DNA of 40,219 nt from a virus (lineage: Duplodnaviria; Caudoviricetes), in IMG/VR virus record IMGVR_UViG_3300038379_000388, positions 1 through 40,219 of that record. One strand, written 5' to 3'. A program made the translations under genes and the position numbers. Below are positions 33,341 through 40,219 of this stretch, one piece after another (the first letter of the stretch is position 1; each line of letters begins with the position of its first letter). Below the pieces are notes generated by a model that ran no database searches, was not told the DNA's origin, and was given only the letters and a program-made list of their open reading frames with translations.

Positions 33341-34104
33341 ACGAGCACCAGCCCGTCGCGGTCCCCGCCCCCGTCGAAGCGCGGCGTCTGCGGGAATTGG
33401 CCCGTCGGGACGTAGGCCGGCGTGATCGCCTGCCTGAGCTCGCGCCACGTCATGCCCGGCTTCCAGCACGCCTCGAAGGCCAGGCTGAAGGCCCCGCCCC
33501 GGCCCGTCGAGTACGCGAGCTCGTGCTCCTGGCAGGCCGCGAAGAGCCCGCGCCTCGAGCGCACGTCCACGATCCGCCCCGCCGTGGGCACGAACGGCGA
33601 GGCCGAGTCCGCGGTAGGCCAGTAGCGCGGGAGCGCCGTGGCGTTGCCGTAGAACCGGTCCCGCACCGCCGCCGCCCGGTGCATCCCGCCCGAGAAGCAA
33701 GAGTCGAGGATGACCCAGGTCGGACCCTGCGCGCGGCGCGCAAGCTCGGCGTAGCGGTTGTCCCAGAGGATCAGCCCGTCCACGCCGACCAGGCCCTCAT
33801 CCTTCCGGTCCCCCTCCTCGAGCCGTCCGGGGCGCCACTTGTTCGTGCCGTGGCCGCTGTAGAAGTGGTGCCCCGCGTCGTCCACGCCGATCGACTCGTA
33901 GTAGGCCGCCACGTCCACATCGAGCGCGTCGCGGGTGCGCTCGGTAAGCAGCGTGATCGAGAGGCCGCCGTACTTCGCCTCGATCGAGGGTCGGTACGCC
34001 TCGTACCAGTCGCGCTTGCGCTCGGCGTCGAGGATGCAGTCCGGGAGCTCCATCCCGGTCGGAGGGTTCTTGTAGTTGAGCCCGTGGAGCAGAACGCGCA
34101 GCAT
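33337..34104 (-). CDS. Metacaspase (peptidase C14 family)
   Basis: GLNY, LPDCILDA, His motif FYSGHG, acidic loop EEGDRKDEGLVGVD, Cys motif ILDSCFSGG, FAACQEHE, GGAFS and QTP. RBS AAGGAG. No signal peptide. Confidence 0.93.
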   Translation of the reverse strand: MLRVLLHGLNYKNPPTGMELPDCILDAERKRDWYEAYRPSIEAKYGGLSITLLTERTRDALDVDVAAYYESIGVDDAGHHFYSGHGTNKWRPGRLEEGDRKDEGLVGVDGLILWDNRYAELARRAQGPTWVILDSCFSGGMHRAAAVRDRFYGNATALPRYWPTADSASPFVPTAGRIVDVRSRRGLFAACQEHELAYSTGRGGAFSLAFEACWKPGMTWRELRQAITPAYVPTGQFPQTPRFDGGGDRDGLVLV

Positions 34105-34116
34105 GTGTAACTCCTT

Positions 34117-34656
34117 TCATGGCGTCTCGTGCCAGCGCGCGACGGGCGGCCAGACCGCCGGGAAGCGGCTCAGCCGCTCGGCCGGGAGGAGCACCTCGCG
34201 CTTCCTAGGCGGCGTGATCTCGGCCTCGTCGGGCTTGAGCGGTGGCGCCGGGTAGTCGCAGCTCGGCGTCGAGGCGGCGGTCCCGGCGATCCCGCCGAGC
34301 GCGCGCAGCGCGTCCGAGACGAGCCCTGCGCCGGCGCCCACCGCGGCCCCAACCGGGGCGATCCCGAAGGCCGCCCCGACCGCGGCGCCGAGGAGCGCTC
34401 CGAGCGCCGTGTTCTGGAGCGCGAAGGTCGGTGAGAGCGGGTACGCCTTCACCTCGCGCGGTCGGCCGTCGTCGCCAAAGCAGACCGAGAGGTTGCGGAG
34501 GCCCGGTCGAACCTCGACTGCTCCGCCAGTCGGCCCGACGACGACGACCGACGCGCACCCGAGGATCGCCTGCGAGACGACGAAGCATCCTCCGAACCAG
34601 AGCGCCATGGCGATGATCGGAAGTGCGGCCTCGATCCGGTCACGCCAGCTACGCAT
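34117..34656 (-). CDS. Putative lipoprotein with glycine zipper (spanin-like position)
   Basis: Hydrophobic N-region ending in lipobox-like ILGC; GALLGAAVGAAFGIAPVGAAVGAGAG; Pro-rich tail. Confidence 0.6.
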   Translation of the reverse strand: MRSWRDRIEAALPIIAMALWFGGCFVVSQAILGCASVVVVGPTGGAVEVRPGLRNLSVCFGDDGRPREVKAYPLSPTFALQNTALGALLGAAVGAAFGIAPVGAAVGAGAGLVSDALRALGGIAGTAASTPSCDYPAPPLKPDEAEITPPRKREVLLPAERLSRFPAVWPPVARWHETP

Positions 34657-34828
34657 CGTCCGGCTGGAGCTTGCTCCAGAGCGTGAGCCCAGCGGCCGAG
34701 AGCGTCGTGATCGCGAGGACGATCTCCTCCACCGACGCCTGGTCGAGCGGCTCGCCGCCGAAGAGGATCGGGTACGCCCCCGTCAGGACCCCGATCACGA
34801 ACGCCACGATGCGCCTGTAGCCTGTCAT
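34649..34828 (-). CDS. Holin-like two-TM protein, 59 aa (not in the ORF track)
   Basis: Translated by hand: MTGYRRIVAFVIGVLTGAYPILFGGEPLDQASVEEIVLAITTLSAAGLTLWSKLQPDDA; RBS GGGGGTGAGAG. Confidence 0.65.
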   Translation of the reverse strand: MTGYRRIVAFVIGVLTGAYPILFGGEPLDQASVEEIVLAITTLSAAGLTLWSKLQPDDA

Positions 34829-34831
34829 CTC

Positions 34832-35074
34832 TCACCCCCCATCGTCGCTCGGGGCACGCCCGAGCTCGCTCACGGCCCCCGCGAGACTGGTTTGCTTTGC
34901 GAGCACGCGGGCAAGATCCTTGCGTATGCCGCGCAGCTCGTAGCTGTTCCACACGCTGATTCCGAGCGCTGTCGCGATCCCAAACAGCACTAGTCGTGGC
35001 CCGATGCGGATCGTGTACCCGCCGTTGCTGCCCTTGACCTCGACCTGCGCCAACGCCTCGGTTACGCCGCCCAT
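34832..35074 (-). CDS. Single-TM plus coiled-coil protein (holin/antiholin-like)
   Basis: TM segment LVLFGIATALGISVW followed by an amphipathic helix. ATG directly follows the upstream TAG. Confidence 0.6.
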   Translation of the reverse strand: MGGVTEALAQVEVKGSNGGYTIRIGPRLVLFGIATALGISVWNSYELRGIRKDLARVLAKQTSLAGAVSELGRAPSDDGG

Positions 35075-35470
35075 CTACAGCTCCCGTCCGGTCACATCGA
35101 AACGCCTCGCGCACTCGGCCTCAGGCCCGGTGATCGCAAGCTCGCTGCACAGCTCGTCGCAGCAGAGGCGAGAGCGCGAGAGGGTCGGCAGAGGCCCGCG
35201 GACGCACTCGCCGGGGGCGATGTTGCCGGGTCCAAGGAGCGAGCCATGCTCGTCCTGGAGGTAGAGCGCGCCGTCACACGCTGCCCCATCGGGCACTCGT
35301 ATTATTGCCATCCTGTCACGCCCCGCTTCGGCGCCGGGAACCAGAGCGGGTGCGGCTGCGAGAGCCAGCCCCACTCCCCCGAGAAGCGCCCGAGCGCCCA
35401 GGCGACGGCCTCGGGCTCGTCGAGCCTCAGACCCACGATGCTGAGGTAGCGACCAGGCTGCCATTGTCAC
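35075..35470 (-). CDS. ~130-aa exported Cys-rich protein with an Arg-rich (Tat-like) signal peptide
   Basis: Start GTG 35470 (GTGA overlap) or ATG 35464. RRARGRRLGARALLGGVGLALAAAPALVPGAEA; 6 Cys in the mature part. Confidence 0.6.
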   Translation of the reverse strand: MTMAAWSLPQHRGSEARRARGRRLGARALLGGVGLALAAAPALVPGAEAGRDRMAIIRVPDGAACDGALYLQDEHGSLLGPGNIAPGECVRGPLPTLSRSRLCCDELCSELAITGPEAECARRFDVTGREL

Positions 35471-38400
35471 GGCCTCTCCACCGCGCCGATGTCGGGGGCC
35501 GCGCCGACCCACGGCAGGCTCACGCCAGCGCCAGCGGACCAGGTGCAGGCCGTGTCCAGGGTGATGGTGGTCGCCGTCATCGACTCGACCTTGCGAACCC
35601 CGCAACCCTCGATCTGCACCTTTCGGTCGTTGTTCTCGGTGCCGTCGCTGTTGTAGCCGGCTCCGAGGTAGCTGTTGCGTTCGATGAAGAAGTCGCGCGG
35701 GTCGCTGCTGCCGCCGTTCCCCACCACGTCCAGCGCGGTGCTGTTCGACTTGGCCGAAGCGGTGAGCATGAGGAAGCGGCCCTGGTCTACGAGCCCGCCG
35801 GCTGCCTGCGGCGTGAAGTCACTCAGCGTGTAGTCGGTCGCGTGGATCGTGGTGAAGGCCGTCGAGGCGGCCGGACACGCAGTCCCGACCATGTTGCCGT
35901 TTCCCGAGAACGCCGAGTGAGGGCTCGCATAGGTGCCAGAGAAGCCCTCGGTGCCAAGCGTCTCGGTGGTGGACGAGAAGTGCCGCCAGCACGAGTCTCG
36001 AATGACGGGAGTCAGGTTCCATGCGACCCCCGTGGCAAGCCCGCTGGACCCGAAGCCAGAGTCAGCGCGAGATGCACGCTGGTAGCTATTGATCCAGTAC
36101 GTGTTCCATCCACCCCGGTCGTACATGATGTCGCCCTTGGGCGAGCTGACGTTTAGGTTGGAGTCGTAGAGCGTAGCGTTCCAGACCTCAGTCCCAAGGC
36201 TCCCGTAACTCCACGCCGACCCCTGCTGGTTCCGGTAGCTTCGGTAGCCGACGATGGTGGCGCGGATGTTCGACGTGCTGTCGTCGCCGCTGCCGCCGTA
36301 CCCGTTCCCGAGACAATCCTGCGCGCAGACCGCACCGTTGTCGTAGGACACGAGGCCGCGGAAGCGGTAGCGGTAGGGTTCTGTGAACGGGTCGAAGATG
36401 ATGCCGACGTTCACGCCGCGCTGATTGTTGTCGTGGCTCGTGCAGCGCACGCACCAGATCGAGCGGCCACCGACTAGGAAGATCCCATCGTCGTTGGTGC
36501 TTGGAGTCGCAGAGCCGGTGTTGTAGACCTCTACGTCTACGAAGGCCCCGTTCGACTGCACGTGGTCAATGTTCAGTCCGGTCTGAATGCCGCCGCTGTT
36601 CGTGATGTCGTGAACAATGGTGTTGCTGATCTTGTAGTTGTTTAGGGGACCCAGGTTGATCCCGTCCGACGAGTTCAGGTGCTCGTGGTATTCCACGAGG
36701 AAGTCGCTCATCTGCGTAGTGCGCGCTGTCGTGTGGGTGGTCAGCGTGTTCCCGGTCGAGTCCTGCACGTTGATCCGCTGCGTGGAGCTAGCACCCTTGA
36801 TGTGAATTCCGTTTAGGCTGGTCACGTTGATGAGGGCGGCGTGCGTGTCGTAGACGCCGTAGGTTGGCGTGATCCCGGTGCCGTCGAGCGTGAAGTCCCC
36901 AGCCGAGCCGCTCCACTCCGAAGCCGTCGCCACCTTGATCGTGATGGGGCTAGCAGCGGTGCAGGACGAGTAGTACGTAGGGTCGATCAGCCAGGCCCCG
37001 CCCTGCGCGGCGTTCTGCGTGGCACCTCCCTTCAGGTAGATGGTGCTCCCGCACGGCAGCTTGTTGCCGCTGGTGATGGAGCCCCAGGTGCCATCGCCCC
37101 AGAAGCCGGCGTTGTTCGCGAGCCTCGTACCGGGCAGGTTCTGCCAAGCATTCGCGGGCGAAGTACCGCTTCGGTTGTTGTTGGGGTCGGCGCCGCCGGT
37201 GGGATCGACGAAGTAGGTGTTCGCGGAAACGGGCTGTGGCTCAACTTCGGAGGATGGGCCAATCCAGAAGGTTTCGTCGGCTGGGTATTTGCTGGCGGCC
37301 ATTCCGTGCGTCACGTATGCCGTCAGGCCAGGGGTTTCGCCAAACGCAAGTTTTACAATCTCGCCATCCCAGCGTGCTGCCGAATTTGCGCTGGAGGACA
37401 AACGCCCCTTGTCTTGGTATTCCCCTGTCTCGATCAACGTCACTCGCTGTCGCGTGTATAGCTTGTTTGCATCGGCGCCAGAACGAGAGTTGTGGTCCCA
37501 GCATATCTCGTAACGAATCCACTTCCCGCGTGCTTGAGACATCGTGATTGCGTCGCCCGACACTAGGCTTAGTGTCCCACCACTGCCCCACACAGAGCCT
37601 GCGGACCCATCGTTTGCCGCTCCGATGGAGCATCCGAGCGTATCCGTTGTTGATCTCTGCCAGAACGCATCCGTGTTGGTGCCGCCGGACGGCAAGTAAG
37701 AGCTGTCGCACCCGTGGCACTGTCCGCGCGGCATCTTTAGAGCCGGCTGCTGCCCTCCAGTAAACAGCCCGCATGTCGCTGTTGCTGGATAGAGGTAGTA
37801 ACTTCGAGAGCAAACCGTACCGCCGCTGAAGTTCACGACATCATTCGTGATCTCGAACTCGCTGCCGAGCTGCGCGGCAAGCACGCTACCGACTTGGGGC
37901 AGCCCTACCGTAGAACCGGCTACGCTCTGGATCACTCGCCCGGCAGACTGCCCGTCGTAAAGGGCCGTCGCGCTGAATCGGTATCCAGACACGCCGTAGC
38001 TGGTCGCCGTCAACGGATTGAGATTCGTCCATGACCCGTCGCCTGCGCTGTAGGGTGGGAAGCTCGTTGGGCTGTCAGCCCAGAAGTGCAGGCCGGTAGG
38101 CGCCAAGCTGTAGTTCAACGTTTCGCTGGCCAGGCATACAGTCCCGGGGTCGGCGTCCGCGTTGAGACTCGAGCAGCGCGCCTCGATGCCCCCTGTGGTG
38201 TGGACAGCCGGATTCACCACGAGCCGCACCGGCACGACGCACGTATCCCCCGGGTTGTCACTGTTCGCCCATGTGACCGTCGTCGTGTATCCAGCCGTGT
38301 TCTCGGTCAGGCTCCCAAGCGTCGGGTCGAACGTGTACGTGTTCGGGGTGACTCCGGCTGTTGTCGGAGTGACCGCCAGCCACGACCCACTTGCTCCGAT

Positions 38401-40219
38401 GGTGCGCGCGCCGAAGTTGACCTGCGTACCGTTGGCGGTCGTGAGCTGGCGCGTCGCCGTCGGCGGGATGATCGACGAGTCTCCCTGCCCGTAGGTCGCC
38501 GTGAACACCATCTCGGTCTGGTCGCAGGTGAGGTCGCCGATGGCGGTGGCTGTATTGTCCACCACGAGGGTTGTGGTGTCGGTGGTGACAAGGCCCTCGT
38601 CGGCCGGGTCAGCTAGGGCACGGCAGGTGATCGTGTAGGTGCCGTCAGCGAGATTGCTGCGAGCGGCCGGAGCCGAATTCCACTCGGGGTCGCGGACGAG
38701 GAAGCTCACGTAGTTCGGTGGCGCACCGTCCTGGTCATCGCAGTCCGAGGGCTGGCCGGACTTGGTGCAGTCCGCATCGAACTCGTAGTCGTAGGTTCCG
38801 TCGCTCGTGATGTCGCACTCTACGTCGCGAAGGAGCTGCACACCGGGCTTGTCGAACACCGTGCCCGAGGGGTAGATGCGGATGTTGGCGACGGTGTACG
38901 GCTCAGGGCCGCCGGGGTCCACAGCGCCAGCCGAATCCACCACGACGGCGCTAATGAAGAAGGTGGAGGGGTCGGTGTCCGGGTCCTCTTGTGTAACGAA
39001 ATCCACCTCAGCCTCAATAGAGGGCGCTGTCCCGCATCCGCTGATCGTGGCGGTGATGGTTTCTGTGTCTGGCAGAGGACCGGCCAGGTCAGAGCAGTCG
39101 CACGCATCGGTGAATACCTGAGTACCGTCCGTATCGTTCGAGACGCCCGTGGCAAAGCCAGAACTCGTCGCGCAGGCGCCACAGTCGCCCGCGATGTCGG
39201 CGCCAGTGGTGGGCCATGGGCATGTGCCGCCGTAGGTCACGGTGACATCGATCCCGCTGGCTTGGCTCAGCTCGTCCTCGGTGCGGTCGAGCGTCGCGGT
39301 GCCCACGATGGTCTGGTTTCTGACCGTGAGCTGTCGAGACACGACGGGGCTGTCGTCGCCATCGCTATCGTAGGCGCACAGGTTCACCCACTTCGTCGAG
39401 CCAGAAGGCGCCCACATGGCATCCGGGGTAGCAACCGCGGCCAGCGAGTTGCTCGCACCGAGCAAAGTCTCGAAGCAGGCGTTGTTACAGTCGGTTACGG
39501 CTCCGCAGTTGTGCGCCGTGCCGTCGCAGCCGTCGCACCTCCAATTGATCCCACCGTCTGCCTCTGTCCCGGCAATGAGGTTGGCGGTCGCTGTAACCCC
39601 GTTGCACGGCACAGTAGAGGCGTCGGCGAAGTAGCAATAACCGCTTCCGCTGAAGGAGAATGCTTCGATGACCGGGGTTACGTCGGTCCCAGAGGGGCCC
39701 ACGTTGAAGATGACCTGGACACCCTTGGGGTATCCGTAGGGCTGCCCATCGGCGCGGCGCGGGGTCATGGTGATGAAGCAGCGATATTCGCCTTGCGCCA
39801 GGTCTACGCCAGGCGTCTGATCCACCGACACGGTAATCGTGTCCGAGCCGCCCGGTGCGATGGAGCCAGAGCCATCGTCGGGACCGTCCGCCTCGATGGT
39901 GTCGCACCAGTCGTTGCTGGAGATGTCGTCGGCCACGGTCCAGTAGACCGTATCGACACCGCTCGCGTTCTCGATCACGACGTCTTGCGTGGCCGGGCTC
40001 GAGGCGCCCGCGGCCCCCACGAAGTTGAGCGTGGTCACGCCGCCGTCGATGGTGATGGCAGGCGGGGTGCGGTCGTCGGCGAGGGTGGCCGCCGTGGGGT
40101 TCGTGGCGACCTGCGTCACGAGCGCAGTCTGCCAAGCATCGGGCGGGTGGGGGCGGCGCCGGCCGGCGCCAATGCCGCCACGCAAGGCTAGGTCTGCCAC
40201 GTCGCGCCACGAGAGCCCG
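35467..40219 (-). CDS. C-terminal part of the ~1992-aa exported protein: two BACON/Ig-like domains, Cys-rich Ig-like spacers, a jelly-roll lyase/lectin-like domain and a second (PL9-like) beta-helix
   Basis: The frame is open to the window end. BACON-like: LNFVGAAGASSPATQDVVIEN...GSIAPGGSDTITVSV...LAQGEY and SWLAVTP...VPVRLVV. Jelly-roll-like: GKWIRYEICW. Beta-helix: TYFVDPTGGAD...GTSPANAWQN...GSTIYLKGG. C-terminus: DFTPQAAGGLVDQG...APDIGAVE. Confidence 0.88.
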   Translation of the reverse strand, partial: GLSWRDVADLALRGGIGAGRRRPHPPDAWQTALVTQVATNPTAATLADDRTPPAITIDGGVTTLNFVGAAGASSPATQDVVIENASGVDTVYWTVADDISSNDWCDTIEADGPDDGSGSIAPGGSDTITVSVDQTPGVDLAQGEYRCFITMTPRRADGQPYGYPKGVQVIFNVGPSGTDVTPVIEAFSFSGSGYCYFADASTVPCNGVTATANLIAGTEADGGINWRCDGCDGTAHNCGAVTDCNNACFETLLGASNSLAAVATPDAMWAPSGSTKWVNLCAYDSDGDDSPVVSRQLTVRNQTIVGTATLDRTEDELSQASGIDVTVTYGGTCPWPTTGADIAGDCGACATSSGFATGVSNDTDGTQVFTDACDCSDLAGPLPDTETITATISGCGTAPSIEAEVDFVTQEDPDTDPSTFFISAVVVDSAGAVDPGGPEPYTVANIRIYPSGTVFDKPGVQLLRDVECDITSDGTYDYEFDADCTKSGQPSDCDDQDGAPPNYVSFLVRDPEWNSAPAARSNLADGTYTITCRALADPADEGLVTTDTTTLVVDNTATAIGDLTCDQTEMVFTATYGQGDSSIIPPTATRQLTTANGTQVNFGARTIGASGSWLAVTPTTAGVTPNTYTFDPTLGSLTENTAGYTTTVTWANSDNPGDTCVVPVRLVVNPAVHTTGGIEARCSSLNADADPGTVCLASETLNYSLAPTGLHFWADSPTSFPPYSAGDGSWTNLNPLTATSYGVSGYRFSATALYDGQSAGRVIQSVAGSTVGLPQVGSVLAAQLGSEFEITNDVVNFSGGTVCSRSYYLYPATATCGLFTGGQQPALKMPRGQCHGCDSSYLPSGGTNTDAFWQRSTTDTLGCSIGAANDGSAGSVWGSGGTLSLVSGDAITMSQARGKWIRYEICWDHNSRSGADANKLYTRQRVTLIETGEYQDKGRLSSSANSAARWDGEIVKLAFGETPGLTAYVTHGMAASKYPADETFWIGPSSEVEPQPVSANTYFVDPTGGADPNNNRSGTSPANAWQNLPGTRLANNAGFWGDGTWGSITSGNKLPCGSTIYLKGGATQNAAQGGAWLIDPTYYSSCTAASPITIKVATASEWSGSAGDFTLDGTGITPTYGVYDTHAALINVTSLNGIHIKGASSTQRINVQDSTGNTLTTHTTARTTQMSDFLVEYHEHLNSSDGINLGPLNNYKISNTIVHDITNSGGIQTGLNIDHVQSNGAFVDVEVYNTGSATPSTNDDGIFLVGGRSIWCVRCTSHDNNQRGVNVGIIFDPFTEPYRYRFRGLVSYDNGAVCAQDCLGNGYGGSGDDSTSNIRATIVGYRSYRNQQGSAWSYGSLGTEVWNATLYDSNLNVSSPKGDIMYDRGGWNTYWINSYQRASRADSGFGSSGLATGVAWNLTPVIRDSCWRHFSSTTETLGTEGFSGTYASPHSAFSGNGNMVGTACPAASTAFTTIHATDYTLSDFTPQAAGGLVDQGRFLMLTASAKSNSTALDVVGNGGSSDPRDFFIERNSYLGAGYNSDGTENNDRKVQIEGCGVRKVESMTATTITLDTACTWSAGAGVSLPWVGAAPDIGAVERP

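Larger units (their letters stand above)
1..40219. mobile_element. Apparently complete temperate tailed phage genome (podovirus-like virion module, lambdoid control region, serine integrase), circular or excised form
   Basis: Terminase, portal, capsid, tail, lysis, repressor, replication and integrase genes are all present, with no host housekeeping genes. The ends overlap by 8 nt with a continuous reading frame. No tape-measure, tail-tube or sheath gene was seen. Confidence 0.93.

Noticed and set aside
33337-34104. Metacaspase as part of a prophage-borne caspase-gasdermin or NLR defence island
   Set aside because: No sensor, NTPase, TPR/WD40 or gasdermin-like partner was seen, and the gene is co-oriented and coupled within the late lysis genes.

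Overview
The window is an apparently complete, circularisable, high-GC temperate phage genome of about 40.2 kb. The last 8 nt repeat the first 8 nt, and a minus-strand reading frame plus a pectate-lyase-like domain run cleanly through the join. It has a short-tailed (P22/N4-gp56-type) morphogenesis operon on the minus strand: terS, terL, portal, scaffold, major capsid, decoration protein, adaptor, short fibre, tail nozzle, GNAT-like protein and four ejection proteins. It also has a lambdoid control region (cI/cro/cII-like genes with four related 15-bp operators), a replication initiator with internal iterons, a Sak4-like ATPase/DUF669 SSB/Cas4-like nuclease module, a repeat-scaffolded accessory array, and a large serine integrase with a candidate attP inside its own 3' end. 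The most unusual part is the distal late operon. Where tail spikes normally sit there are four consecutive, tightly coupled genes (154, 965, ~1992 and ~130 aa) that all start with export-type signal peptides and are Cys-rich; the two large ones carry glycan-depolymerase-like beta-helix domains. They lead into a lysis cassette with holin-like genes, a glycine-zipper lipoprotein, an intact metacaspase, DUF1353 and an M15 endolysin. All family assignments come from motif recognition by eye, not from database searches.
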